A DNA stretch of 64,000 bases from the human T2T-CHM13v2.0 reference genome, Homo sapiens. The DNA lies in the NCBI RefSeq assembly GCF_009914755.1, contig NC_060936.1, one strand, 5' to 3'. This document shows positions 23,020 to 44,934 of the stretch, in pieces. The translations under genes were made by a program, and so were the position numbers. The notes under the pieces were generated by a model that worked only from the letters and a program-made list of their open reading frames with translations, did not search any database and was not told the DNA's origin. How positions within the stretch are numbered: position 1 is the stretch's first letter; every line of letters starts with the position of its first letter.

Positions 23020-23441
23020 TGAAAGGTTCTTGTATTGGTTCAAACCCCGAGAGCACACCAACAGATAACACAAGGCGGTGTGGAGCAACATGCTGTTTTA
23101 ATGAGCGCCTGGGTGCAGGCAGGCTGAGGCCTAAAATGGCGTCAGCACCAAGTGAGGATGGGGCAGGGGTTTTATAGTCCTCTGTAAACAAGAAGTGTCC
23201 CAGTCTGACGTGACTGCTACGTAGTACCCAGACGGCCTCTTTCTCAATCTTCAGGGGTACATGTCTTCCTGCCAGAGTAGGTGTCTTCCGGCCAGGGTAG
23301 GTGTCTTCCTGGCAGCTCTCGTCCTGCTTCTGCTGTCCTGCTGATGCACGCTGCTGGTGCAAGTGGTCTTGAGCCTTGGGACTGGGCCTGAGAAGGGAGG
23401 AGTTATCCCTCCAAGCTTTCAGACCCCGGGAGAATCTTTCA
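23020..23441 (-). mobile_element. Intact solo LTR, probably LTR3 (HERV-K HML-6); family from recall
   Basis: TGAAAG...CTTTCA inverted termini; TSD GAGGT at 23015-23019 and 23442-23446; TATA and ATTAAA on the minus strand. Confidence 0.8.
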
Positions 23442-23495
23442 GAGGTCACTGTGAAAACAACTCCCCCTTTGTAATTCAAAATTGCGCTTCGCCTA

Positions 23496-24899
<1,404 letters not shown>

Positions 24900-24970
24900 C
24901 CTAAACTGATCATAAAAAGTTCCAACTGTAGATTTCTAATACAAAACTTTTTTTTTCTTTTTCTTTCTGA

Positions 24971-25170
<200 letters not shown>

Positions 25171-25336
25171 TGAAATCCTTACCTCAGGTGATCCGCCCGC
25201 CTTGGCCTCCCAAAGCGCTAGGGTTACAGGCGTGAGCCACCGCATCCAGCCATAAAAAACATTTAAATAGCTGTCCATTACTATCATGCCCTTCTTGCAT
25301 TCCTGGTAATAAATCCAGAGCACATTAAAACTCTAC

Positions 25337-25407
25337 ACATTGAATGGAGACATTCTGCAATAACTCTTGTGTTAAATCATCTTTCCAATAGCAGTCAGTT
25401 TACTGAT
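25337..25407 (-). pseudogene. Exon 7 candidate, (Y)Q*TDCYWKDDLTQELLQNVSIQC
   Basis: tttcccattttacag| acceptor; phase 1 matches exon 6; weak donor; the acceptor also resembles a MIR core. Confidence 0.3.
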
Positions 25408-26078
25408 CTGTAAAATGGGAAACCAACACTAGTCCCCACAGCAGGGCACCTTAGGGTGAATTCTCTGCTGTCTACATTGTGGCCCACACACTGGACAGCC
25501 TTGGAAGCTTGAGTAGAGAACACAGCCATCTCTCAGCGACAAACTCCCCTAAACCAGGCTCATCATCAAGGCCCATATATAAAACTAAAACGTCAAATTA
25601 TTTTTCTTTTTATTTTTTATAGAAATGGGATCTCACTTTGTTGCCCTAGCTGGTCTCAAACTCCTGGCTTCAAGCAATGCTCTTGCTTTGGCCTCCTAAA
25701 CAGAATGATGAATTATTAATTTATAAGGAGATATAGCCCGCCAAGCAGGCCTGAGAATAGATTAGTTGATGGCTATATTTGCTCCCTGGAGGCCAGAGTA
25801 TAATTAGGTTGCTTGATGAATGCAGAACCAGAAAGCAGGCAGAGTCATCCACCTCCAGAGGAACTGGAATTGAAGAGTTTGTACTGGGGCCTGATGAGGC
25901 GGGGCCTTTGCTCTGTAGCCAACCCCCCTTAGGCACAGTTTAGTTTGCCCTCCTCTCGGGCGAATTAATTTCCTTTCTGAAGGGCACATTCTTTCTTTGT
26001 CTCTGTGAATAACTTCAAGCCTATTAGTCAAGTCTTGGGACCTAGAAGCCATTCCATCCTTTAAGGTAATTTGCCTAC

Positions 26079-26211
26079 ATAATCTGATTCCTTTTATGTT
26101 TGTTTTGCAATTTAGCTCTCTCTGAAGGCAATCTCCTTTCTGAAGTTCAAAGCCCATAGGGAAGTATATCCCTGTTTCTTCCATACACCAACAGTAAGAT
26201 AATCACCTAGT
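26079..26211 (-). pseudogene. Exon 6 candidate, TR*LSYCWCMEETGIYFPMGFELQKGDCLQRELNCKTNIKGIRL (PSI-like Cys spacing)
   Basis: ttgttttgtgctag| acceptor; CWC...C...C pattern; weak donor T|GTAGGC. Confidence 0.45.
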
Positions 26212-26346
26212 CTAGCACAAAACAAATGCTCCAGAAAAGTAATCCCCTTTCATAATGCCCTTCTTCCAAAAGGTCAACAACAGTTTTACCTACCGGTGGA
26301 ACTTTAGAAGTGCTCATGGGGGGACACTGGCAGATCTAAGGGTGAG

Positions 26347-26375
26347 TTCGTTCATTCATTCATTCATTCATTCAT
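26347..26375 (+). repeat. (TTCA)n repeat, likely an L2 tail
   Basis: About 6 TTCA units. Confidence 0.8.
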
Positions 26376-26719
26376 CTTCTACTTTCTGGCTATTAGGTGC
26401 CAAGGGCTGAGAAATGTGCTATGAGTCAACAGGATGTGAAAAAGACATGGACCATGCCAGCCTGAATCTCTAAGGTCTTTGAAACAAATATTAACAAATT
26501 AAGCTACACTGTAATCCTACCAGAGAAGGCAAAATTATAACCTGAGAAAAGTACTCTGAAGAAGAAAAGAAATACAATTCTTTTAGAAAACAAATGACCA
26601 GGCCAGGCACAGTGGTTCACACCTGCAATCCCAGCACTTTGGGAGGCCAAGGCTGGTAGATCACGAGGTTAGGAGTTCGAGACCAGCCTGGCCAACATGG
26701 TGAAACCCCGTCTTTACTA

Positions 26720-26905
<186 letters not shown>

Positions 26906-27252
26906 TCAGACCCAACTCAGGCGGTTGAAAAGGCTTTCCTGAAGAAATGAGATGTTTGTTGAGGTTAAGAGGAGAGAAGTAGATGTTAGCTGGTGGGGGC
27001 AGAGAGTGGGTGAACGGGCTTAGGAAGAGGAGAGCCTTTCATCCGAAGGAAACTGCACTTGCAAAAATCTTAAGGCTTGCAACAGTGAGCAGCAAATGCA
27101 TAAGAAGAACCTAAGAAAGGCCAGCCAAGCAGGGGAGCAAAGAACCATTGAGCAAAGCAGTGATAACACAGGTGGCATAGGCCAGGCATGGTGGCTTATG
27201 CCTGTAATCCCAGCCCTTTGGGAGGCCGAGGCAGGCAGAACACTTGAGGTCA

Positions 27253-27540
<288 letters not shown>

Positions 27541-27819
27541 TCAATTTTGATCTTTATACCAGGAAGAAGAGTTTTAGGGCAAGTTGAAGATCCTTGAGCA
27601 GATGTGTACTTCTAAAGATCACTCTTCCTGCATAGTGGAGAGTAAGTTGAAAGGGGCTAAAGAGGAGGCTTGGAGACCAACTTAACAGGATCTGCGGTTG
27701 TCCAGGTGAGGGATGCTGGTTCCCTTAGTGCAGATGAGGAGAAATGGACAGGGCTGAGATACAGAGAAAATAAATGCCTATTAATAAGCAAAGGTTAAGA
27801 AAAATTGTCCATACCATGA

Positions 27820-27945
27820 TGTCAACCTAAAGGAAAAAACTGAGGCAAAATTTGTATAAGTATAGCGTTTATTTGGGCCAGATTTGAGGGCTGCAACCCA
27901 GAAGCATAGATTCAAGTTGCCCCGAATATACACTCCAAATAGACT
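27820..27945 (-). mobile_element. ERV1 LTR fragment (MER4-group-like)
   Basis: TGTCAACCTAAAGGAAAAAACTGAGGCAAAATT...TTTATTTGGGCC. Confidence 0.6.
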
Positions 27946-28710
27946 CAATGCAATAATGGGACAGAAACTTAGGGGATTGGCCAACGAGAATGGCCAGGAA
28001 AGAGCACTAAGGAAACTTGGGAGGTGAAATCTTGTGTTGGTGGTTACATGAATATAAATTTTTTTTTTTTGACATGGAGTCTTGCTCCGTCACCCAGGCT
28101 GGAGTGCAGTGTGCGATCTACAACCTCTGCCTCCTGGGTTCAAGCAATTCTCTCGCCTCAGCCTCCCACGTAGCTGGGATTACAGGCACCTGCCATCATG
28201 CCCGGCTAATTTTTGTATTTTTGTAGAGATGGGGTTTCACCATGTTGGCCAGGCTGGTCTCGAACTCCCGACCTCAGGTGATCCACCCACCTCAGCCTCC
28301 CAAAGGGCTGGGATTACAGGCATGAGCCACCACGCCAGGCCATAAACATTTTTTTAATTCATCCAAATATATGTTTAAATGATTAAGTTTCATTGTATGT
28401 AAAGTACACCTCAATAAGGTTAATATTTTTTAAAAATCAGTTTAGCTTAATTATTAAGAGCAAGTACATGGATTTTGGAAGTGTACAGATATGGCTTTGA
28501 ATCCTAGCTTTACCATTAGTAATTGTGCACTCTAAGAAAGTCAGTTAGCCAATGTAAGCTTTAAGTCTTATCACTGGTAAAATGGGGAGGGAGGATGGCT
28601 GTTTTGAAGACCAAATTGCCTAGCTTAGCAGACTGCCAAATAAAAGGCAAGAGGGCTTTTCATTCAAATTTTATTCCTTGCCACAGTGGAAGTATTAGGT
28701 GAAAAATTAA

Positions 28711-28872
<162 letters not shown>

Positions 28873-29669
28873 TAGGACTACAGGTGCATAGTCCCACATC
28901 TGGCTAATTTTTTTAAGTTTTTTTATTAAAAATAACTATATTGCCCAGGGTGGTCTCAAACTCCTGGGCTTAAGTGATCCTCCCAAAGTTCTGGGAGAAC
29001 AGGCATGAGCCAGCAGACCCGGCCCATTTCTTGAGGGCTTCCTATTATTAGGCCTATGGTAGGCCCTTTACAGGTGTTGTCTCATTTGATCCTAATGGAA
29101 ACTCTAAGAGATGGTCTTTGTTCCTATAGCTTAGAAACTTCCCAGGAACCAGTAAGTTGGTCAAGGTCATTCACAGACAGAACATGGAGCCAAAGTTCCT
29201 TGCCACAGTGAGAGAATGCTGCCTTCGCCCCACCCTCAGTGACTGGGGAGGAAACATGAGGGTCCTCACAGGGGATTTTCCAAAAGAGAGTTTAACCCCA
29301 AGTGGTCTGAAAGATGATTCTAAATGGCACACAGTAGGTCATTTATTATTTTGCTTTTATTGTATTCAGTTAACTTCTGTTTCATAGTAGTCTTCCATTT
29401 ATGATAATTAATTTAATCTCCTTTTAAAATAAGCTTAAGTTTTTAAAGTGAGTCAAATTAAAGAAAATTATGAAAGAATTGATAGTATGGGCATTACTTG
29501 TGTATTTTTCAAAATTGGGAAGAAGATTTGGAAATGACTGAAGCTTGAGAAAGGATGGGCCAGCCCAAGCAGAGACATGTTAAGGCCCTGAGATGCCAGA
29601 AAGACAGTCCAAGGAGGCGGGGAGGATTCTGGCTGGCTTATGACCCTAGAACACCTGAGAAGAGGCTAG

Positions 29670-30312
29670 AGGGTCAGAAAGGGGGTGATCCCTTTCCTCA
29701 CCATCACAGGGGTTACAGCTGACACCTATAACAAAAGACAGGTCAACAAGAGAAAAGCCTAACACATTTATTTGATCACAGTTTTATGTGACACAAGAGC
29801 CTTCAGAATAAAGACCCACAGATACAAGGAAAACTGTCCATTTTTATGGCTTAGGTTCAATGAAGAATGGACAGCCATGTAGAACTGTGGTTGGACAGAA
29901 AAGGAATAATCTAAAGGAAATAGACTGAGTGGGGAAACCTATTAAGCCCTGTGGATTCAGATTCTTCTTGGCCTCTCTGCAGCATTTCTTTCTTCCCAGT
30001 ATGGGGCCAGACCCTTTCTGCAATGGGAGTCTTATGACCTATTACCAAACAAGGTAGGTTAGAGAATTTTTTATGGCCCCTCTTACACAGAAAGGCCTGG
30101 GAAGTTTAGAGTAATATTTTTAGCTTTTCTGGCTGGCTTTGGGGAAGAGCAGTTCTATGACCCGCCTTGCGGAAGGATTCTAGTTTCTACAGCTAGCCTC
30201 AAGGGAGAACAAAGGGTGAGAGACAGGAAGGCAGGGGAAAGTCAGAGAGAAACTTTGCTTCAGTGGCTGCTTCTGATACCTTCACTTTGGGGTATTGTTT
30301 TCGGAGCCCCAC
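29670..30312 (-). mobile_element. MER34/MER39-like ERV1 LTR
   Basis: Minus-strand start GGGGCTCCGAAAACAATACCCCAAAGTG. Confidence 0.7.
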
Positions 30313-30789
30313 TGAGGGCTTATGCTCACATTACTATTGCCTCCTATTTGAGCAGCTTCAAGACATCTAGGGAAAATACCTGGACCCCAGAGAAGGAATA
30401 AAGATGGGGAAGGAAGACATGGGAGGAGGAGAGTAGGAGGAGGATGGAAGGAAGCTGGAGAAAGTGATCCAGATCGAGTAGCTGTCAGCTCCAGGCTGGG
30501 ATTCCAAGTACCATCATCTGTCCGCCCCAGCTAGGGCAGCAGTCTGGGGAAAGCCAAAACAGCTCAAAGCTTTCAAAAGCCCTATTTTCCCCTATGAACT
30601 AGGGAGAACCTGGCTGTAAAAGTGATCATTTTCAAAAACAAAGAATTAAAATAATGAATCCTCTTGCAGTTTCAGCTTTGCCCAGTCACTGTCACAGGTG
30701 GCCTTTGAAGATGAGGCAAGAGATAATAGGGTAACTATTCCTAGAAAAAGACAGTGATGGTCTGCAGATTTAAATCCAGAGCTTCTTAC

Positions 30790-30885
30790 ACCAGGTATTG
30801 TGTTTTCCAAGCAAGAGCTTTGCAGAGCAGCTGAATGGCCCACAAGATACATTCTTCTCAGAAGCCACAACTGCTTGTGTTTTTC
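30790..30885 (-). pseudogene. Exon 5 candidate (96 nt), EKHKQLWLLRRMYLVGHSAALQSSCLENTIPG
   Basis: Symmetric 96-nt open segment; donor GGT|GTAAGA; weak acceptor; a second frame is also open. Confidence 0.35.
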
Positions 30886-31398
30886 CTAATCTTTAGGGGA
30901 TTTTTTTAAATGCTTATAGAATTTATTCTATACCTTGTTTCTGCTCCTGTTTTTCTGGTACCAGCAGGGTGTAGCATTGGATTTGGTCAAATTAACTTTT
31001 AAATAAAGCCCCTAAATTCTACTCCTAATACCCTTACCAGGATCATCCCCCAAAACACACACTGTCTATGCCCAGGCTCTCAAGAGAGATGTTCCGGAAG
31101 CTTATTCATCTACAAAGGGAGCAAGAGCAAGAGAAATTAAGAAGCTTCTTTAAAACTGCAAATCAGTTTGCACAAAGAAAGAGCAGGAAAATAGGAATGA
31201 GTGGCCAGGCTTCAGTGTTAGACAAAGTCTAGACCCAGGAGAAAGAACATCAAACCTACACACTATGGGTGGAACTTTGTGGGGGTTGAAGAAAAGGATT
31301 ATAAGCCAGGGGCTGGCTAATGCAGGAGGATCACTTGAGCCCAAGCATTCAAAACCAGCCTGGTCAACATAGCGAGACCTGTCTTGAAATAAACAAAC

Positions 31399-31820
31399 AG
31401 CCAGCACAGAAAGACAAACTTCACATGTTCTCACTTAGTTGTGGGAGCTGAAAATTAAAATAATTGAACTCGTGGAGACAGAGAGTAGAAGGATGGTTAC
31501 CAGAGGCTGGGACGGGTAGGTGGGGGTAAGGGGGTAGCAAGGATGGTTACAAAAAAATACAAAGAATGAAAAAGATCTAGCATTTGCTAGCACAACAGGA
31601 GGACTATAGTCAAATATAATTTAATTGTACATTTTTAAATAACTAAAAGAGCATAATTGGATTGTTTGTAACACAAACGATAAATACTTGAGGTGACGGA
31701 TACCCCTGATGTGATTATTACACATTGCACACTTGTATCAAAATATTTCATGTAACCCATAAGTATATACACCTACTATGTACCCACAACAATTAAAAAT
31801 TAAAAAAAATTAATAAAGGA
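31399..31820 (+). mobile_element. L1MA-type 3' end, preceded by an Alu fragment at ~31310-31395
   Basis: CAGAAAGACAAACTTCACATGTTCTCACTT...CCTACTATGTACCCACAACAATTAAAAAT. Confidence 0.85.
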
Positions 31821-32144
31821 AACAAAAATCGGGGGGCTTGCGGGTTCACAAGAGATTATTTGGGAGAAGGCCTAGTTCAAAATGAACACTGAATGTTTGC
31901 AGATTGAATCAATAAATGCATGAGTGGCTGGCTAAGCTAGTGGGCCCATGGCAAGCCCAGGAGAGAGAAGACAGGGAGCAGACCACCAGAAGCTTATTCT
32001 TATGCTTCTCTAGTCTCAGTCAAATTTGGGTCAAAAAAATAGAGGACACATCTAGGTACCTTAGGGCCCCTTTGTCCAGACCTGTGCATTGGAACAATAT
32101 GAGAATCAGCACCTCCCCACCTACATTTCATAATAAAGATCATA

Positions 32145-32234
32145 GGAGTTTTCTCAATTGCTAACAGTCAGTTACAGTTGGAACTGCTTGTTCTCCTCTT
32201 TCTCCCCTTCTTACAACTGCACTTGACTAGTCTT
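32145..32234 (+). pseudogene. 5'-truncated Y1 RNA (RNY1) retropseudogene
   Basis: Matches hY1 (..TCTCAATTG..ACAGTCAGTTACAG..CTGCACTTGACTAGTCTT); TSD AAAGATCATA at 32135-32144 and 32254-32263. Confidence 0.92.
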
Positions 32235-32787
32235 ATTTATTTTTTTTCTTTAAAAAGATCATATAAGCTCCTAGGCCTTTCTAAGCTTAAAAAAGCTGAA
32301 ACTCACTAAGGGGAAGAGAACTGTGAACATGCTGCATGATAACTTCCATATGAACTAGTAAAACTTCCCTAAACATATGGTTGTTATCATAGATAGCATC
32401 ATTGTTTCAGGGAGCACTTACTGAAAGGCTACTACGTACCTACAGACCTCATGTTGATGCAGAACAGGTGCTTGATCCTAAACGGTGGTGACAGTTCACA
32501 TAGACAGAGAGCACTGGGTGAAGAGTCAGGAAATATGAATTCCAGTCCTGGCTCAGACACTAAGTGGCTTTAGGAAATAGGCATTCCAAGCAGAGAATAA
32601 CTTGTGAGCCATCACAGACTGACAAGAAAAAGCATGTGTGAGATCAAGAAACTATAAGCAGCATGGTGTTCAGTAGAATCGCTGGGCAGGAGTGGCTAAT
32701 ACTTATTGAGGGCTCAGTAAATCGTTGTTGAATGAACGAATGAGGGGGAGGAAGATACAGATCACAGAGGATCTTATATTCATTCTA

Positions 32788-33210
<423 letters not shown>

Positions 33211-33368
33211 TTAGGAGAACAAGGAATTACACAGAAAGACCCATTAAGGCCGGTCGTGGTGGCTCAAGCCTGTAATCCTAGCACTTTGGGAGGTGGACGC
33301 AGGAGGATCACTTGAGGCCAGGAGTTCCAGACCAGCTTGGCCAACATAGCGAAATCCCATCTCTACTA

Positions 33369-33704
<336 letters not shown>

Positions 33705-34313
33705 TTAGGGTAATAAAGTTCTTGATAGTAACACTAGTTTACATAGAAAGTGCATAAAGTGCAAGTAACTGATAACTTCGGTTTGGAATGTTAAGTGGAA
33801 TATCCATGTGGAAATAAACCAGAGCTAACATTTACTGAGCCTTTCCCATACGCCAAAAGCTGTTTTAAGTCCCCTACAGATGTGAACTTGTGTAATCCTG
33901 CAACAGCCCCATGAGATAGGTACTATTATTAGAGTCCCTTTTTTAGACAAGGAAAACAAGGTACAGAGAGTTTAAGTAACTTCTCAAGGTCACACAGCTG
34001 GTCAGTGGCAGAGTCAGATTCAAACTCGGACAATCAACTCCAAATCCCACTTTCTTAACCTCTGTGTAAATGGGTATTTGCCATATAGTGAGGGCACAAA
34101 GCCATCACTCTACCTCTTCTTGGAGAAGTAAAAAACAAAAAATAATCAAATCAAAGTGATGATTTACATTTTTTAAGCACACGAAATGCAAGAATTCCAA
34201 CCATCAGATTGTGAATGCCATTATTTTTGGTGCTGTAAAACATATTAATAGTTAAATCTAAGTCTACATTTTAATATACATCTAGTCTCCAAAGCAAACA
34301 AGATGTAATGTGA

Positions 34314-34661
<348 letters not shown>

Positions 34662-34989
34662 TAAATCATGCTTTTTTATATAATCTATTTAGAGTAAATT
34701 AAGTAGCATATGTCATTTGTTTAAGGAAAAGTTAAAGCTGGTGTTTATATGCATTATAAGTATTATTACAGAACATATTAAGACATACTTCAATATAATC
34801 TTTAAAAACATAATTCTCTTAAGTTGATTTTTTCTTTTTTTTTGAGACAAAGTTTCACTCTTGCCCAGTGAAGCAGCATGATCATAGCTCACTACAGCCT
34901 CAACTTCCTGGGCTTAAGCAATCCTCCTGCCTCAGGCACCTGAGTAGCTGGGACTATAGGTGCCCATCATCATGTCAGGCTAATTTTGA

Positions 34990-35115
<126 letters not shown>

Positions 35116-35737
35116 TAGCTTGGACTACAGGCGCCTACCACCATACTTGGCTAATTTTTTTGTATTTTTAGCAGAGATGAGGTTTCACTATGTTGGCCAG
35201 GCTAGTCTCAAACTCCTGACCTCAGTTGATCTGCCCACCTCGGCCTCCCAAAGTGTTGGGATTACAGGCGTGAGCCACTGCACCAGGCCCTAATTTTTTT
35301 TTTTTTCTTTTGTAGAGATGAGGTCTCGCTATGTTGCCCAGGCTGGTCTTGAACTCCTGACCTCAAGCAATCTCTCACCTTGGCCTCCCAAAGTGCTACA
35401 GTTATAGGCATGAGCCACTGCACCTGGCATTAAGTTGATTTTTAAAAACCTAAAATAATTTCTTTATTTCCTAACTACTTTGCAGAAATAACATAATGAC
35501 TTTAGTTCCTTAGAGGGGATCATAACATTATTTATTACTGTAAAATAGATTTGAATTTTAAAAGATCAGGAACTACTGCTTGGCACCGAGGTGTAATTTC
35601 TGCCATTTTGAGACATATTCCATAACCCAGGGATCCCCACAAACAACTACAACAAGAATAAATATGAGATCCTTTCCATTCCAGGGTTTGTGGTAGAGGG
35701 TTTAGCTTTGACTTGGACCCCTTACTGAGTGACTAAC

Positions 35738-35834
35738 CATTACACAGACAGAGCTTGTGACCTCATGGACATGCTCAGCTGGTGAGCTATTCTGCCAGGA
35801 GCTCAGTGCTATTTTCATTTGGCTTTAATCTTTC
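35738..35834 (-). pseudogene. Exon 4 candidate, ..SQMKIALSSWQNSSPAEHVHEVTSSVCVM
   Basis: tctag|G acceptor and ATG|GTTAGT donor; needs a 1-nt frameshift near its 5' end to fit the phases. Confidence 0.25.
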
Positions 35835-36164
35835 CTAGATCAAGACATAGCCTTCTTTGAAAAGCCAGGTTTAGTAAGATATACACATGACGTATTCTCA
35901 GAAATGAAAGAAAACACTTTTAGCTTCCTTCCCTAGTTACCAAAACTCTAGAACTTACTGTAACCCTAATAGCAGCCAAAAAGAAGGTCTTTTCTCTTGA
36001 CCCTTGGCTGACCCTTCTTCCACTTCCACGAATTTTCTCCCTCTTTCTGGCTATGGCATAAGTTTTGTTCCCCTTGAGATTCAGCCCTTAACAGAAATAA
36101 TTCAGGCAGGGTAACAGAATGTTCTAGAGCACTCAGCCATGACTACTGAGCACTCAAAATATAG

Positions 36165-36655
36165 CTACAGTGACAGAGAAAGGAGATTGTAATTAATTTA
36201 AACTTTAATTTGAAAACTTGGACCAGATTTAGTTATTGAAGAACTTCTACATAATTTAGTTATTGGAGAATTTCTGCATATGTTTGGAATAACTTTGATA
36301 TGTAAATCTACTTTTTCAACTGTAAATTTTGTGAAACCTAAATTTTATAAAATCTAATTTTATGAAATTTTATGAAATCTAAATACAGACCAAGTATTTC
36401 CAATGAAAATTTAGTCTCCAAACCGAGATGTGCTATGTGTTACATCCACACCAGATTTCAAAGACTTAGCACAAAAAAAGTAACTGTCTCATTAATAGTT
36501 TTTATATTGATTACATGTTGAAATGATAATATTTTGGCTATATTGGGTTAAAGGAAATATATTATTAAAATTAATCTCACATGGTTCTTTTTACTTTTTA
36601 ATGTGGCTATTAGAACACTTTAAATAATATATGGGGCTCACATTATTTCTATCAG
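36165..36655. mobile_element. Charlie1/MER33-type hAT fragment
   Basis: ATTGATTACATGTTGAAATGATAATATTTTGG...AATGTGGCTATTAGAA. Confidence 0.75.
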
Positions 36656-37088
36656 ATGGTGATGGTCTACAGCATGGGTGATAGTGTCACAGAGACTAAG
36701 CTCCCCCGACTTGCTGGCTGTGTGACTTTAAGCCATCTTCTTAACCTCTTTATTATTTTATTTTATTTTATTTTTGAGACAGAGTCTCACTCTGTCGCCC
36801 TGGCTAGAGTGCAGTGGCACAATCTTGGCTCACTGCAACCTCTGCCTCCCGGGTTCAAGCGATTCTCATGCCTCAGCCACCTGAATAGTTGGGATTACAA
36901 GCATCTGCCACCATGCCTGGCTAATTTTTGTATTTTTAGTAGAGACGGGGTTTCACCATGTTGCCCAGGCTGGTCTCGAACTCCTGGCCTCAGGTGATCC
37001 ACCCACCTAGGCCTCCCAAAGTGCTGGGAGTACAGGTGTCAGCCACCGTGCCTGGTCTACTTAGCCTCTTTAAACTTCTGTTTACTCA

Positions 37089-37390
<302 letters not shown>

Positions 37391-38259
37391 TCAAAAAAAA
37401 AAGAAAGAAAGAAAAGAAAATATTACAATTTTCTGAATAGGCATACAGTGAATTTTACATGAGACAGTGAGCATAAACTGTGCCTGACTTATAGTAAAAT
37501 ATTCTGCAAATATTCACTTTTATTATCATTGTTATTATTCTCTAGCAATCATCCAGATGTTTAGCAAAAGAATGCCTCAAAATAAATATTAGTTCCCTAT
37601 GGGTTGCCTCTTGTATCTCATGACTAGATAAATTGTAACCTCATTTTCCAAAATGAAAAAAAAGGGACTTGAGGTCAGATACAGGTTTTTCTCATATTTG
37701 TCAGTTTTTTAATATTTAAAAAATCACTTTTTTTAGTTGATGAAATGCTTTTGGGGGGGGGGGATTAAAATAATGAAATTACTTAAAACCCAGACTTCCG
37801 TGAAAAATCTAGGGCATGAGTTTTACTCCTAATAAATAGTGATTCTCAATATCTCAAATAATCCAAACTTAGCAATCCTTCGTTTAGATTCAATTTTGGC
37901 CAGGTGTGGAGGCTCATGCTTGTGATTCCAGCATTTGGGGAGGCTGAGACAGGAGGATTGTTTGAACCCAGGAGTTCGAGACCAGCCTGGGCAACATAGT
38001 AAGACCCCATCTCTACTAAAAATAAAACATTAGCTGGGTGTGGTGATGTATGCCTGTGGTCCCAGCTATTCAGGGGGCTGAGGTGGGAAAACAGCTTCAG
38101 CCTGGGGGTCATGCCACTGCACTCCAGCCTGAGTGACAGAGGGAGACCCTGTCTCAATAATAATAATTAGATTCAGTTTTGAAGACTAAAGTTTCATTAA
38201 TGTCCACAGTTTTTGCAGCGGAGGGGCAGAATTAAAGAGACTTCCAAATAAATGGGCTG

Positions 38260-42352
<4,093 letters not shown>

Positions 42353-42478
42353 AAAGTCTGGGCGCAGTTGCTCATGCCTGTAATCCCAGCACTTTGGGAG
42401 GCCAAGGGGAGTGCAGATCACTTGAGCTCAGGAGTTCAAGACCAGCCTGGCCAACATGGTGAAACCCTGTCTCCACTA

Positions 42479-43082
<604 letters not shown>

Positions 43083-43388
43083 GCTTATTCTAAGTTTGAA
43101 TCACCTACTCATTCACTCTCACCAGGGAAACCTTTATGTAGACCCAATAGACAGTAAAGGCTACCTCCTGAAGAAAGAGCAGGCTGTTAGAAAAAAATAA
43201 TCATAGCTACAAAACTTTTTCTTACCAGAGGTAAGATGACTTGTCACCACCAAGGTAAGGCAGCATCTTATGCTCAGCACAGGACTGATTCCAGCTTCCC
43301 TGTCCCACGTAAAGGCAGCCCAGCAGTGAACCTCATGCCATTGACCCACTCTTCTCTCTGCCCCTTGCCAGCACTGACGATATCTTAC

Positions 43389-43591
43389 CAAACACTAGTG
43401 ACTGACACATGAAATGCATTCCATCCCAGAGAGCCTCCTGAATGTTAATTTTTTCACGAACGGACAGGGAGAAAACTTTTATGTGGAAATCGTTGTGACA
43501 GAAAAATGGTCTATGGCTGGGTGTATACTTTCAGCAGAGCTCAAAGGTCAAACCTTCAGTCTGATCATACAGTTTTCATGCTTTCTGCCTG
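43389..43591 (-). pseudogene. Exon 3 candidate, ..KLYDQTEGLTFELC*KYTPSHRPFFCHNDFHIKVFSLSVREKINIQEALWDGMHFMCQSLVF(G)
   Basis: Long pyrimidine tract; tandem acceptors at 43591/43588/43584; strong donor TTG|GTAAGA; two in-frame TGA. Confidence 0.5.
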
Positions 43592-43685
43592 CTGGAGATT
43601 CCCAGAAAAATTTTCCAATAGAAAAAAGAAAGACAAAAAAATCATTAGAACCAGAAAGAACATCCGCCCGTCATACTCAATGTTA

Positions 43686-43874
<189 letters not shown>

Positions 43875-44599
43875 TCAGGAGGCTGAGGCAGGAGAATTGC
43901 TTGAACCTGGGAGATGGAGGTTTCAGTGAGCCGAGACTGTGCCATTGCACTCACTCCAGCCTGGGTGACAAGACCGAAACTCAGTCTCAAAAAAAAAAAA
44001 GTGACTATTTAAACAAGGAAACTCATTCTTTTGCCCACTTATGGTATGATCATTTAAAATAACATTTTTAAAAATGTATAGTATAAACTTGGGGGAGGGC
44101 GTGGGGAGAAAGAAGGAAGGCTTTCTTCTCAGCACTTTCCAAAAGCAGACAGATGAAATATAGACCTAGCACTAGAATAATGACTTCAGATGAAGTCCTG
44201 TGAAAGCAAGTTCTATCTGACTGTCTCTCCGTCTGTCTGATGTGACATCAGTGGTCAAACCCTGGAAATGATGGCTAGAGGGCAAAATCTATTTTAGGTG
44301 TTCTCTCAATCCCCTTAGCCTCACCAACCCACTTGTCCCAGGTTTATCAAATCCATGCTAGAACCTGGCCACACTGCTAAGTCTAAATCTCCAGGAAAAA
44401 TAACGTTTAAAAAAGAAAAGACTGGGCCAGGCCCGGTGGCTCACGCCTGTAATCCCAACACTCTGGGAGGCCGAGGCAGACAGATCACCTAAGGTCAGGA
44501 GTTTGAGACCAGCCTGGCCAACATGGTGAAACCCTGTCTCTACTAAAGATACGAAATTAGCCAGGTGTGGTGGCGGGCACCTGTAATCCCAGCTACTCA

Positions 44600-44704
<105 letters not shown>

Positions 44705-44765
44705 TCAAAAATAAATAAAAGACTTAAATACAGATGAAATTCAAAGGTAGGGGCAGTAAACCTAC

Positions 44766-44934
44766 TTAGCGAATAATCAAGTTTCTGCATTTCCTTTTCT
44801 CTTTGGTATGAGTGCAATAATCTTGTCCCCAGTCTACGGGCTCTTCTGGTACTTCCAATAAATTCCTTCCAGGGACCCCACCTAATCCTTTGTACATGGT
44901 CCCAGTTGTCTGCCTTCCTGAGGTAAACGCATTC
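44766..44934 (-). pseudogene. Exon 2 candidate, NAFTSG...VDWGQDYCTHTKEKRKCRNLIIR*
   Basis: ttttag|G acceptor in phase 2 matches exon 1; open for 55 codons; ends TAA|GTAGGT. Confidence 0.45.

Noticed and set aside
22934-23479. 181-aa minus-strand ORF
   Set aside because: Lies across a solo LTR; no protein similarity.
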